64,000 nucleotides of DNA from Nemertoderma westbladi (GCA_032718475.1 JAUCBJ010001139.1:1-64000), one strand, 5' to 3'. Shown: positions 1 to 14,008, counted from the stretch's first letter. Numbers and translations: made by a program. The notes: a model not told the origin generated them from the letters alone.

Positions 1-2397
1 CATATAGAAATATTAAAAATATCAAGTTAGATGATTTCACAAATGATTTGCGCAATTCTTTGTGTTGCCAGCCACAATATAGTAACAATATTGACAATGT
101 TGTGCAACTATATAATGATACCCTTACAACCATCATGGATTTACATGCCCCGGAGAAATGTAAGAATGTACGTACAGAAATCAAGGCTGCCTGGTATAGT
201 GAGGACATAGCTAAGGAAAAGAGGAAGCGCCGGCGGTTGGAACGGAAATACCATAAAACTAGACTTACAGTGGATTGTATTGCTTTTAGAACTCAGTGCA
301 AAGTGGTTTCAGATGCAATTGTTTTTGCAAAGGAATCCTACTATGGGGATATAATTAGAAATAATTCAGGTAACCAAAAGATGCTATATTCTGTAATCAA
401 TAAACTATTATATCGCAAGAAGAATTGTCTACCAGAACGAGAATCTGATGAGGAGTTAGCTAACGTATTCGGAGATTATTTCGACAAAAAGATTGAAGGT
501 ATACGGAGATATATATTACACCCTCAACAAGGCTCTCGGCCATTGATTGGGCCCACTGTTCTGACCGAAGTAAACGCCCAATCGATTGGGCCGGGTGCTC
601 ATACGGAAACAATTCCTATACTAGTTCGTCCGACATTGGCGGGAATGGCGACACCGACGGAAACGAAATCTCACCCTATTGGACTGGGTGACCCGGCGGC
701 TTTTAACACCCCAACGGTTACGGATCAAGGATTTAGCTCTTTCCGTGAAATTTCCACTGAGGAGACGAAGGAACTTATAAATAACTCGAAATCTAAAACG
801 AGTCCGCGCGACCCGATGCCGACGAGCTTGGTCAAGCTGTCCATCAATCTGCTGCTGCCTCTTATTACCTGTATTATTAATATGTCATTGTCTATGGGTA
901 CAGTTCCATCTCTGTTTAAGGAGGCAGTGTTAACACCAGTCCTTAAGAAGATAAAATTGGACCCAGAAATTCTTCAAAACTTCAGGCTGGTCTCCAACTT
1001 GCTTTACATTTCGAAATTAATAGAAAAGGTCGTCGCAAACCAGCTGATTCAATATATGAATATTCACAACCTACATGAGCCGATGCAAAGCGCATACAGG
1101 CACCACCACGGAACAGAAACAGCACTTCTTTCAGTAAATGATTCTATTCTCCGCAGCATCGACTCAGGTTCAGCAGTGCTAGTTGTTCTCTTGGATTTAT
1201 CTGCAGCGTTCGACACGGTTGAACATGAGAAACTCTTAGAAATTCTTAAGTCTGATATAGGGATAACTGGAAATGCACTTAAATTGTTTAAATAATATTT
1301 GTCTGATCGTAAACAGCAAGTTCGTGTTGGTAGTCATTATTCTACATACAGAGACCTAAAGTATGGATTGCCACAAGGTTCTGTGCTCGGGCCGCTACTA
1401 TTTACAATTTATACACGCTCTTTATCTGCTGTAATAAAAAAGCATGGTTTATCATACCATCTGCATCTGTATGCTGATGATACTCAAATATATATCAGTT
1501 TCAAATCTGTAAATATTGATTCAGCACTTCAGGTGACTGAGGAATGCCTAAATGATATTCAGAAATGGATGTACACATATATGCTCAAGATGAACTCCGA
1601 GAAAACCGAAGTGCTGCTACTGCAGTCGCGATTTGGCACATCAGTTGACAACCCACAAATACGTATTGGTAACGACGTAGTGGGCTGCAGCACCAATGCC
1701 CGCAATATCGGCTTTACTATGGATCATTATATGACGTTCAGTAAACAAATATCTCTAACTGTTCGCAGTGCGTTTTTCCACATCCGAAATCTATCAAAAA
1801 TACGGTGGTGTTTAGCAAAACATGACCTCGAAACGCTAATCCACGCATTTATCACCAGCTCTTTAGACAATAACAATTCGTTATATTATGGATTGCCAGA
1901 CAAATATATAAACAAACTACAATATGTCCAGAACTCTGCGGCGCGCCTACTAACAGGCACAAAGAAAAGAGAACATATTAAACCTGTGCTCAAATATCTC
2001 CACTGGTTGCCTGTATTGCGACGCATTGACTTTAAGATTGTACTTATAGTATATAAGTGTATCAATGGCTACGCTCCGAGCTATTTAAAGAATTTGCTGA
2101 CCCGGTACATTCCTCATCGTTCTCTGCGTTCAGGTGATGATGAACTAACTCTGGTTGCGCCTCGTTATCGGCTAGAAAGTTACGGGAGGCGGGCTTTCTC
2201 AGTTGCCGGGCCCCGTTTATGGAACGCTCTCCCTTATTCGGTCCGCAGTGCACACACCGTGGAATTGTTTAAGTCGTGGCTGAAAACACACTACTTTTCG
2301 TTAGAATACGTAATTAACTAATTGTGTACGCCTACCTGCGCCTTGATTTATTGCCCTTAAAAGGCACGTTATAAATAAATTATTATTATTATTATTA
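1..2397 (+). mobile_element. LINE of the L2/CR1 group, 3' portion (RT ORF2) with one premature stop; 5' end lies outside the window
   Basis: ORFs 48-1295 and 1299-2321 are the same frame split by one TAA. RT motifs NFRLVSNL, QSAYR-HGTETAL, LLDLSAAFDTV, GLPQGSVLGPLLF, YADD and L2-type C-terminus LHWLPV..RIDFK, GRRAFSVAGPRLWNALP. Short 3' UTR with AATAAA and (TAT)n tail at about 2374-2397. Confidence 0.93.
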
Positions 2398-3798
2398 CAG
2401 GTACAGCAGTATTATTCGATTTTGATAATTATATACCGGTAGGTCTTGATATTTAATCGGGGACGCCTGGTTTTTATTGGGATTTTACTTAGGCCTATTT
2501 CTGTCAGTGTTATTTATTTGTAGGTTAATATTGAGCAGAAGACGTGTAAGCCTGCTCAGATTGTACAAGTAATTTGTAGGCTGGATTGTTGTCTGACTGT
2601 TGTTAAGTCTGAAGAGATTGCAGTGTGTGTAGAGTGTATGTCCGATAAAGTACTAGTTAGGAACGTGGTGAGAATCCAGTGCTGTAAGGTAAATCCCCCC
2701 CGAAAGAATAAGTCGTACTACTCGGTTAGAACGCATACTAACTAACCATTTCGGAGTCTGCATATACTGTAGTTTATTTAGGCTTGATAGTAGTCTGCCA
2801 GCGTTTGGTTTGTATCTTGTTTGTGTAGTCTGTACGGGTAGCGTAATATTATTATTCAGAGTTTATGCGATTATTCGCAACATACATAACCCCAAGTTTA
2901 TTCCTACAGTAATTGTGCTTGTTATACATACCGTTATAGTTAAATTTACCCCAGTACTACATCAGGGCTGTTTGGCGTAGGTAAAGACTGGTGATTTTAT
3001 GCTCTAGTCACTCCGGCAGATACCGTGGTTCTTTTAGCTGTACAAGTATTTTTAACTGCTGGTTATTTGTTGTATAAGTACTTGTACCTAATTTAGGGTT
3101 TAGTGTACAGTGCTTTCCGAAGGTAATTAGTGTGTAGGCAGTATATTTGTGTTGTAAAGTGGTTAATAGGCACGTTGGCTCTGGTAGGCCGCGGTAATTA
3201 ACTTCTAGGTAGGAACACTCAGTGTACATAACGTAGTACTTATAGCGCTATGGCTATAAGTCGTCAGACGGTGGTATTTTTCCTATCTGGACAACGCAAT
3301 ATATTTACTACTGCTTTAATACTTTCAAATACCGTATTATCCTGTCCGTTGTAATAACCAGAAATTCTAACCCCTTGTTAGGCTGGTTTGTAGACTTCTT
3401 GTAAAATTACCCCTAAAATTCGTACGTGTAATTTTTGTATTTATTTAGAGATTGTAATCTCACCCCGCAATTGTACATAGGTTGTAGTAATAAGTAACTT
3501 AGTAAATTAGAATTATTTGTTTTAGTGTCCAATACAATAAGTAGCACTCCACTGAGAGCATTTAGCTTCTGTGAAGTGACTCCTTACCAGAAATAATAAC
3601 ATTTATTTCAAACATTGACAAAAACCCATTATACGGCTATATATATTATAAATCAACTCAAATCGATTTATAAAATAGTAGGCCTGTCATACAACAATTA
3701 GGTCTTAATATCAGTTGGACTACTGATTAAATAAAGTAAGGTAAAGTAACCAAGTAACCCCAAAAAATTCAGAAATTCAATTATTCTAAAATAATTGA

Positions 3799-4170
3799 CA
3801 TACCGGTATTTACAATAGGCTTATTATATTTATTTCTATAAATTTGAGCTGAAATTATATACCGGTATTCTGTAATAATTCTAGTCTATAATTATACTTA
3901 TATACTATAAGTGTAAGTTGTATACCGGTATTCACGATAGGCTTATTATATTTATTTCTGTAAATTTAAGCTGAAATTATATACCAGTATTCTGTAATTA
4001 ATTCTAGTCTATAATTATACTTATATATACCATAAGTGTAAGCTGTATACCGGTATTCACGTTAGGCTTATTATATATCTATATATTTGAGCTGATATTA
4101 TATACCGGTATTCTGTGACAAACCTAGTCTGTAATAATACTTATATATATACTATAAGTGTATACCGGTA
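3799..4170. repeat. Three degenerate tandem copies of an approx. 122-125 bp unit upstream of the BEL gag ORF
   Basis: ATACCGGTATT..TAGGCTTATTATAT..GAGCTGAAATTATATACCGGTATTCTGT..CTAGTCT..ATACTTATATA..ATAAGTGTA recurs at about 3799, 3923 and 4047. Confidence 0.85.
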
Positions 4171-4308
4171 CTCTAATATATTGTATATATATCACGTTAC
4201 ATAGAGTAACGATATCGGTAATTAATTACTAGGCTAACAGTGATACTGAATTACTAGACTTGCTTTAACTGTAATTATAGCAGTAGGCATTCAACTATAT
4301 AAACAAAC

Positions 4309-7300
4309 ATGTCTGACACAAAGCAAAACCTGTCAGACAGTCTCCTAGATACAACCATCTGTGACCCAGATAGGAGTGCTGAACGTTTGAGACTGAAGTT
4401 TAACTCACCTCCTACTGTAAGAAAGATCATCCCTCCAGTAGTAGTATCAGACCCTAGGCTAGTCCAACACTGTAGGTCTATCATAGGCACTCGGGCTCAA
4501 GTCAAGCGGGATCAAGAAGCAGCTGTCAAACAGCAGCAACACTCTAGCCGAGAACTTATTTCTCAGCGGCCCGATAGCTCCAGTAGTTCGGATACTGTAG
4601 AGCTGACACCCGAGCGCGGAGCAAAGATGGCAGATGCGGTTTATTCAGACCCCCTTCTCATTCTTCCTGCAGCAGTACTCACTCGGGTATTGATTGCGGT
4701 GGAGGAACACCAAATTGATTGGGCGAGAAGTAAGCGATCGACCAAGGATAGTTATGCGGGATACACAAGAGAGGAATTGAAGTCTATTGTCGAGTCGCAA
4801 TGGAACTTCCCCGGACCCGGACTCCCGTTTGACTTATCGGAAGCTGCCTGGGAAGACATACACAGGATGGGAGTGACAAAAGACACTAGTGATCCAGCTG
4901 TGTGGAAGAGGTCGGCAGCAGGATACGTACAGGGATTCTTCAGCTCTTTGGAGCGATTAGAGGAACAACTGTTTCGACAACCCCAAGGACCTCAAGAGCA
5001 GGGAGAGCTGCTTTATCAAGTTAGAGAAAGAATTCTAAGAATCAGACTAATCTTATCGGCCTTTGAGGAAGCTTCGAAAAGAAGACAAGACACGTTGTTG
5101 CAAGTTGCCGTAAAGACTTGGTTCCAGCGGGTGGGTCTCAAGGTTCAAGGAACGGCCCAGTGGAAATCTCAGCTGGCTGAGCGCTCAACCCATGGAGAAT
5201 CAACAGACGCTACCTTTTCTCAAGTGGAAAGCGAAGCGACAGCAGAGAAACCGCAGAAGAGGGACGCTATTGACATCTATCTGTCAGACTATCAACGATT
5301 TCTAGGTGATGAAGAGTTGAGGAGACGGCTGGCTGGACTTCGCCCTAATAGTGAAGGAGCCAAGCTTGTGTTGGACGCAATAGATGCGGAAATGTTAGCT
5401 GCGAACCAAGCTAAATTTGATGAACGCCTCCGCATCGCTAGAGTCCAAGAAGAAAAAGTAAAGAAAAAACGTATAGAAGACAGAAAGACAGCAGCATCGG
5501 CAGCGGCAGAAGTTGAAAGAAAAGCGGCAGCGGCAGCGGCAGCGGCAGAGGCAGAAGCGGAAAGAAAGGCAGTAGAAGTGGAAAGAAAAGAGGCAGTGGC
5601 AGCGGCAGAAGCGGAAAGAAAAGCAGAAGAGGCAGTGGCAGAAGCAGAACGGAGAGCGTCTGAAGAGACCACCCAACTAGAGTTGGAAAATCTTCAAGAG
5701 AAGCAAGACTGCATAAATAAACAGTTAACAGCTAGTCAAATGCAGATGATAAGTCAATCTACTCCCAAAAGGCAGGGATTTGCATCATCTGATGAAGGCG
5801 ATACCACCGATCCTGAAGGCGGAGGAAATAGCAGGCGTAGAAGAATGCCCCACCGTCAGAAATTGCCTGATTTGCCCCCAGCTGTTAGAAGGCAACTAGC
5901 TAGTACAGACTTAGGTAGTACAGAACCCACAGACCAAATTATTAGGGCAGCAAGACTCCCTACTATAGTAGATGAGCCTGAAATAATTAGGCCTGTTCTC
6001 GAAGCCACCCCTTCGGTGATAGAGACACCTGTACTCCCAGAACCTACCTCTAAATTCCCTTTGCATAGCAGCTGTGCCCAGCAGAACAGCCCATGAGACA
6101 GTTCCTGTCCTGGACTCCGAGCGAAATATCAATGATTTGTCGCCCGTTGTCCCCCGTCCACCCGCTACTATGTTGGCGGCTCCCGCTTCGGCGGTCGAGT
6201 GGGTGGATGAGAGACGGCGGGGGATGGATCTCCTGCTCGGGCAGATGCAGGAGACTGTTCAACAGTTCAAGGGCACAGTAAGGAAAAGTAGGTTAGAGTT
6301 GCAAGAAGTGCAGCAGAGTATCGCGTTAGAACGCGATAAATTAGTAAATACCCAAAGGGGTATACCACCAACCCCGGTAACAATGTGTCAACCTGTTAGG
6401 TCTGAAGTATTTCATGCGCAAGGTGTGGAGCCTACACGCATCTATACTGCTAGTGAAGTAGAAAATCCTATAGTAAACCCTATTAAGGGTAATTATAAAC
6501 CTGTTGACAATGATATTCCATATAGACCTGATCATAATCCGAGAAATTTATATACCGATAACTCGATATTAAATAATACGATGGCCCAAGAAAGTTTTAC
6601 GCGTCAAATGGCTAGAACCGAAGCCCGACAAGCGGTAAAGGTGGGAGAGATCGTCAAGTTCAATGGAGATGAGATGAAATGGTTACCTTTTAATGAATAT
6701 TATAAAGATAACATACAGAACTCTGTGCTATCTAACGGAGAGAAACTTAGATTCCTCATCGAGTGCTTGGAAGGATCTCCCAAGTTAATGGCGTTAAAGT
6801 TTATTGGACATCCAGATGGATTAAGACAAGTTTGGGATACACTAAGGTATGGTAATAGGACTAACATAGCTAGGTATTTATATGCGAAATTAATGGCGCC
6901 CCGAAAGTTTCTTACCAGCGGGATTATAGAGTTTTCCGACGAGATTCAGGAGATCTGTAGATAACTAGATTGGTTAGGTAAGTCTCATGAATACCAGAGT
7001 TCTATGGTTATTGGAGCCGTGGCCTCTACTTTACCAAAGGGTGGAGTAGGTACACGCTGGGACAAGAAAGTCTTATATATGATGGAACAACAACGAAGAG
7101 ACCCTACCATGGCTGATCTCATGTCATTCTTAGATGGAGAGGTAAAGTTACAGCTCCTAAAGCAGTCCAGAGAGAAGACACCGGAAAATAAGGTAAGTGA
7201 AAAACCCGTTTCTAGGAGAAAGGTAACACCAGTGTGTTATACAGACGATGGCGAAAGCCAGGCTTCTCAAGAAGAGGACAGCGGGAAAGACACTGAAAGA

Positions 7301-9139
7301 TCTTACTATGTCAACAAAGCGTCTAAAGACGTAAGTAAATTTAAGTCTCGAACCAATGACAGGAGAGAACAGGTAACAAAAACTCCTCCTACGTCTCCTA
7401 ATAGAGTTCACGGAAGAAAGCCCGAGGAAAGAACGAGAGTGCACAATGTTACCCAAGGTAAGGTGAGTAACATCAAACCAAAATGTGTGTTGTGCGACGG
7501 GCCCCACCGTTTAAGTGTGTGTGATGAATTCCTAAGGAAATCACTAAAAGATAGACGTGAAGTCATGTGGGATAAGCGGTTATGTTATAATTGCCTCAGA
7601 CGAGGACACCAACGGCGAACCTGTTACTCCGACGCAAGGTGTGCTAAGTGCGGCGCGAAACATCATATCTTGTTGCACACTGAATTCGAAAGAAACAGCC
7701 CGAGTCAGGTAAGTGAGTCCGAACTACATGTCCAATTCAGTGATGTGAACGACACTGATCAAAGTTCTGAGATGGAAGGATTCTATACGGATGAATTCTC
7801 CGACGAAAACGAATCCTGTTACCTAATAAATACCGCAGTGTATCGAGCACTTACGTATGAGAAAGAAACCGATAGTGAGCTCCGCCTAACTGTTCCTGAC
7901 CGACAACCATCTTGGAAAGCGCCAACTTCCAACGTAGGGATCCGAGAATTTCCCGTAGTGCAGTTGAGAGTCCATGGGTTAAAAGGGAGCTATATAGTGA
8001 ACGCCCTCCTTGACTCCGGCAGCACAGGAACATTCATCGACAAAGAACTAGCCGAAGACATCTTTGTTGGACAACCCAAGTTCCGAACTAAGTTGAACCT
8101 TTCAGGAATTATGCAGGTTTGGAAATCTACAGTAGCTACAGACTACTATGTAGGTGCGTTGTCCACCCCCCAGGATGAACTAGGAGAACACAGTATAAGG
8201 TCAGTAAAAATGGTGGCGATAAAGAACTTCGCTACCAGCCAAGTGGAACCTTATAACTGGGATGAAGACGATTTCACCCAGCAGCATGAGATACCTAGAT
8301 TCAACACCGACTACCCAGGGGTACAGATACTCATTGGCCAAAATGCGCATGAGGCGCTTGAGACATTGGAGAAACGGCCTGCTCAACCGCAACCACTGCA
8401 AACCTATGCGGGAAGAACAAGAGTAGGTTGGTACCTCACTGGACCTTCCCGTAGGACACTCATGGAAAGGCAACCCAAAGATCGGGTCCATCAGGAGAGT
8501 GAATGGGAAGAAGACATCAGTGAGGGAGAGACGACCATAACTGAGGGAACACCATACTCCTCAGATAATGACGATATTAACTCCAATGTAGATCAATGGA
8601 GACATTGCCCCGAGACGATTAATCTAACCGACATCGCTTCCAGAGGAGCAACTCTTCAAGAACTGACAGATACTCCAGACTGGTTAGGTGGACCCGACTT
8701 CCTAAGTAAAGAAGATGAATGGCCTCCCCATCTTACCACGGCTGAGATTAGACAAGCCAAGGGAGCGGAGAAAGTCAAACCTAAAACCCGGACGAGTAAA
8801 TCAAGGTTATTTAAACCCGTGATAGATCTGTCTGTACTACACATTGCCAGGGACGACGCTGTGGATCTAAACTCCCCCACCGCGAACAGATCTGTTGTGG
8901 AGATCAGAGAGAGAGACTGGAGATCTGGAACACCAGGCGTCTCGCAGGGACTCTCACCTCTCCTGCCGGGAGCGATGGACCACTATAGCTCCTGGAATCG
9001 GCTTTGTAAGGCCTTCGTGTATTTGAAGCGATGTTTCTATCGTCACTATTCCAGGACGAAGAGGAAACCTGGAATTGTATTCGAAACACAACAACTCAAT
9101 CGCCCAGTTGGTCGTTTATGTTTACTGGAAAGAGACTGA
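4309..9139 (+). mobile_element. BEL/Pao LTR retrotransposon gag-protease region, defective (one frameshift, one stop, RT and most RNase H deleted, no integrase)
   Basis: DUF1759-like gag (KFNGDEMKWLPF..EKLRFL); three BEL-type zinc knuckles CVLCDGPHRLSVC, CYNCLRRGHQRRTC, CAKCGAKHHILLH; aspartic protease ALLDSGS..ILIGQN..RTRVGWYLTGP; RNase H C-terminus QWRHCP..N.TDIASRG..WLGGPDFL and YSSW.RL. ORFs 6074-6964 and 7004-9139 are one frame with a single TAA; 4309-6096 joins by a frameshift near 6060-6090. Confidence 0.92.
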
Positions 9140-9751
9140 GAACTGTCCGGAAACTATGGAAGGCAAGATACTCTTCCCACGACCACCTCCCTAATCCAAC
9201 AAACATCTAAGGACTCCCCAACGTAACAGCGTCTGGAGTGGGTGTGTGACTATATTATTTTATATTTGTTTTTATTATTTTATATTTATGTATGTATTAT
9301 TATGTAATTTTATTATAATCGTTTTCTTTAATTTTATTTAGTAGAATGTTATTTTAGCGATTATTTAGTAGATTAGTGCAATATATATTAGTGTTTATTA
9401 CTTAATTACTTATATATTATATATTTAGTGCGATGGCGAGAAATAATAATTTTTCTCTTTCCTTACTGTCCGTATCATATTATAAATACGTGACTACAGT
9501 AAGATGAAATGTCCGTACTTATTAAAGTACAATAAAGCTCCTACTATATTTAAGTATTATTGGTAAGTAGAGTATTAGGAATGCAAAGTTCAGATCCTCG
9601 TGTCTCGGCTAAACCAAGCTCTGGGTAGACCTTGGAAACGACTTGCCTCTTCTCACTGACATTGTTTCTTGCAATATTGCTCTCATACCGTATATTAAAT
9701 AATACATATAGTAGTGTGATGTCCCTTTAACAGTAGTGTAAAACGCAAAAT

Positions 9752-10130
9752 AAATCTGTTAAACCCTTTGACCATCTGTAATTCTAGTCGATTAAGATAT
9801 CGCGGCACCCACCGATATACTTGAAAGACAAAATTCTAGAATCAGTGGTTAACGTCCCCAGACATGTTCTGGAATAAATCGGTGCCCATCTTAAATATTA
9901 ACTATTAATATTTATAAAATCTGTCAAATAAATACAATAGAGTAAATACTTAAAAGTTAACTCTAGAAAATCTATAAATTAAAATCTGTTAAATTTTAAA
10001 TCCTTTAAAATTCTAGTCGATTAAGATATTGTAGCACTTACCGATACTCTTAAAAGGACAAATTTCCCAGAATTAAGGATCCTAGTCCCCAGACATGCTC
10101 TGGAATAAAATTGTGTCTATTTAATATTAA
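9752..10130. repeat. Degenerate direct duplication of about 150 bp, copies about 230 bp apart
   Basis: AAATCTGTTAAA..AATTCTAGTCGATTAAGATAT..ACCGATA..GTCCCCAGACATG.TCTGGAATAAA at about 9752-9900 and 9982-10130. Confidence 0.85.
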
Positions 10131-10930
10131 ATAATAAAATTTACGGGAATAAATTTAAATTCATATCTTTTAATGAATTTGATAAATTGTCATTTTATAC
10201 AATTTATAACATTCCCAAAATTCCATTAATTAATAGATCATGGGAGCGGAGATTCACCCTATTAAGTATATTAGTGTGCGAGAATCTCCAATATATAGTC
10301 AATAGCCAATAAAATTCATAAAATCATGTATAAAGAGGAATATTGACAATTAAAGAATTACTATTAAATAGCATCCCAGATCTGTATGCATGAGGATTAC
10401 CCTAATTCTACTGCTAGCTTTCCATAATGTCACCATGGCAACAACCACGCTAGAATTAGAAGTGAGTTAAAAGAACAATAAAGGCTTCCCCCATTGAATA
10501 GCATAAGGAATAAACAGCACACTGCTAGTATCCAAGGATACCCAATAATAACGTGGCATTCTGGAAGGCACTTGACTAACGGACAAATGGCCCGAATGTG
10601 TGCGGTTTGTGACAGTTGTGTGGAATTTGTGCGCTTATAGGTGAATGTTACTACTAAAGTGTGTTTACAGTAGCGAGTCGCAATTGTGAAAGTAGCCCTA
10701 ACTCTGCAGTAAGAACCTGAAGTAAATCTTAGCCCTTGGGACGGACAGTGGGGTGACTCGCGCTAGTTGTTGTTGTCGTTGTGCAGCTACTATGTTGGCG
10801 ATAAGCACAGCGGCGGCAGTGCATCAGCGCTGAGGATCTTGCGCTGTCCGGGGGCCGTGAGGGGTAGGCAGCGACGCCCGCTAGCCTAATTATAAACTCA
10901 TTATAATATTGATAAACTCATATAGCAGAT

Positions 10931-12298
10931 ATGACTGAGTTGATAGAAGATTATCTTGGTATCAGGGAGCGATATACTCTACCTTTACAAGCGTTTGTTG
11001 ATAGCTTGATACGCGGCGACGCTAGTCCAACTACTACGGAGGACGATGGTCGTTATATCGAACCGCCGATGTCCCAGGAGCAACTTACGCGTGAATTGGA
11101 CTATAGAAAATTCACCGCTCGCTATACGCATCGTAATGGTACGTATATGGACTTCTTAACTACTGGCCATCCTATCGATTTACACGATAAGGACTATGTC
11201 GACACCGAAAGGGAAATGGTACTATTTAAATATAAACTAAATAGACTTTAGATAAACTAAAAATCGAATGCGAAAATTCTATTCGAAATCGACTCGAAAG
11301 AGAAGACGTTAAAGAACCGGATAAACGCGGTAACTCCAACGTATATTTGGAATTCTTGAGAGAAACATTGTAAAACCGAATAAATATCACCCGCGTTTCC
11401 CCTACAAGACGTGCATCTTTGGTATTATTGCGATGAATGCCCAAGACCCAACCAACAAACGGAAAGACATAAACATCCGCGGAGACGTTGCTTTAAACAC
11501 GGTTTTACTTGCTATATTTACGGGAGTTTCGAGCGAAACTTGTTCGATGTATCACCTACGCTCGCTCGACCCAAACGATCCTTAAGTAAACCAATGATCA
11601 GAGTTCCGGAATACTCGGTCAGACCTCCTCATTCCCTAGTTAGACCTCAGACTCTTGATCCTAATAGTATCACGGATCCTCCCGAACTGTACTCACTGTT
11701 CAAAGATCTAGTGTTACCGAACAGTTAGTCGGTGGTACTCCGGTTGTGGGCTCCCTTGATATCCGCCCATCTTACCTAGCCGGATTGGGACGCGGACATC
11801 TAATATCGCCATTCGATTGTATCATCGTTCCGGTTTAACCCGACACAACCTGTCACCGAGGAGGAGGAGAGAGTTGTACGAAACGCGTTGGACACTATTC
11901 GTCAAAGATCGTAAAAGGAACCTACAATTGTTTCGAGAAACGTAAATTGCAGCAGCAAGTCCAAGCGGTAAACGAATTAGCTTTATCTCAGTTCGATCAG
12001 GAAATCCAGAATCTCTAAGAAGATATCGAACTCGGACGACTCTACTCTAAAAGAGTTTTAGACGAATGCTTCCAACAACAAGCGGAGGAAAATCAGCTCG
12101 AGGAGAAGCATATCGATCAACCAGGTACCTCGACCGGCGGATGCACCGACCGTAATCCTAAACCTTCCGATGCAATTGTATTGCACCCTTCACCCAGGAG
12201 TTATAGCCCTCCTAGTAAAGTGGCTCGCCCCAAAGAGAAAAGGACTCTTGCTAGCCTCAAAAAACTGCGTAAACGCCGTCCGCACAAGAAAGACTAAC
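10931..12298 (+). pseudogene. Degenerate ORF(s) of unknown function, probably an accessory ORF in the 3' region of the BEL element
   Basis: Consecutive same-strand ORF fragments (10931-11251, 11411-11728) with coding-like composition continuing through stops and shifts to a K/R-rich end near 12298; includes a C/H cluster (YYCDEC..HKH..CFKH..C). Confidence 0.45.
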
Positions 12299-13621
12299 TG
12301 TTTAGAGTATTTTTATATTTTAGAAACTGTGATTTTTATATTTTATAGAATTAAATCCCATTTTCTGGGAGCGGTGTAAAAGCTTTTGTGGATCTAGCTA
12401 GTTATTTTCCCCGCAAAGTACTCTGTAGGTGTTTTAGCGGACATAAAAAGCCGTTTCCTTACTGTACAGGTGTTTTAGTGGACATAAAAAGCCATTTCTT
12501 CTGTATGTGTACTTTAGCGGACATAACTAGCAATTTTATGTCGCAATACGCCAAAATACTCTTGATACAGTGCAGTTCAGATGACGACATCTACCAGCTG
12601 ATATGTACACGTGTAACTTTTTCTTTGTTCTTTGTTCGGTCGACCAATTAGAGCGATTTTCATTTTATTTGTACAGAAACCTCCGGGAAATCGCTCAATG
12701 CATTATGGTTTATGTTTACCTTTTTTCCTGATGCCAGAACATCGGCTGTGGAATTATTCTGTGTTTCAGACTTTAGCCAAACATTAGAACGGCTTTGATC
12801 ATAGAAACGTATAACTGTTATCAAACAAACCAAATCAAACTATATCGTACCTCATATCACAAACCGAACTGGTCAGACTCAAATGCTATACATACCTTTC
12901 ACCGCATTGTTTTACTGCTATTTACTGTCGGTTATTAATTGTATCAGTTGATGGAATATTGTTATATTTGGAGAATATCGATAAATAACCATAAAACCCC
13001 AATCTTCTTGATATACTGAAGGTTAGAGAGACCGGTTACATATAGCAATTGCGACTTACATTATATTGGTTTTGGAGTGAATCTAATGCTATTTCATAGG
13101 CACTACATGTGTCAATTGCTGTTCTCTTTATATGTGACTAAAATTAGTGAAGGTCGGCAGATCGGTGTGCAGCATTGTGCGGTAGTGTGCATGAGTGTGA
13201 TAGATAACAAAGCATCTCCTAAAGAATGCGCTTTATACGTGAATCATTAGCCATCCCGTTGTGTTTAGTGTAAGTCTTAACTCTGTTTACATACTTAGAG
13301 CGCCACGTCCTAAAGGAACTGTTGATATTTCCCGAAAGTGAATAATATTTGTCAGAGATTATATATTAACGATCAATCGAATAGTACAGTAGGCCTACAC
13401 CGCAATAAGGTCAGAGCTTCCGAATCCAGTCTCCCGGGTAAATCCAGTGGGTGAATGGTCGCGCATAGGCTGGCTTCGGCTAATGTAGTTTATGTGTATC
13501 AAATACTTGTCATAGGCTAAAGTCGATTTATAACCTAGAAGACACCTAAATTTGGCAGGTTAAACTGCTAAAGGTCTAAAAGCGCGAACAAAGGATATAT
13601 TTAATATGTTAACCCCTTGAC

Positions 13622-14008
13622 AAGGGAGGGGGGAGACTAAATTGTCTACCATGATTGGTTGATGGTTGCACTTGTTATTTGACCAAACAATTGAATTATA
13701 TGCATATTTATCAGCTTTCGCTTAACCACTTCACCGGTAGACTGGTAGCATACTACTGTAGAATATTTAAATAATCCAATGGAAACAAAGATACTTGAAT
13801 CATGAGACGTGAATTTTAAGTCTACTATTTATTCATCCTGTGTTTGTATGTGAAAGAGCCGAATAATATTTATTACCAGTGCTGTATGTAGAGATATGAG
13901 CTTCCGATTCTGTTATTCCTTGTCTGATATTCAGATACCTGACATATACCGATACTTGCCTAACAACTCAACCCTACCGGACCTGAAATGAAAAATCATT
14001 GTTATCAG
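13622..14008 (+). other. Candidate polypurine tract followed by a possible 3' LTR of the BEL element
   Basis: AAGGGAGGGGGGAGA at 13622-13636, followed within a few bases by TGT and a segment that could end at ..TTATCA (14008). No matching 5' LTR is seen in the window. Confidence 0.35.

Noticed and set aside
2398-3800. 5' LTR and primer-binding site of the BEL element
   Set aside because: No match to the sequence after the 13622 polypurine tract and no clear PBS; the 5' LTR may lie upstream of the LINE, outside the window.
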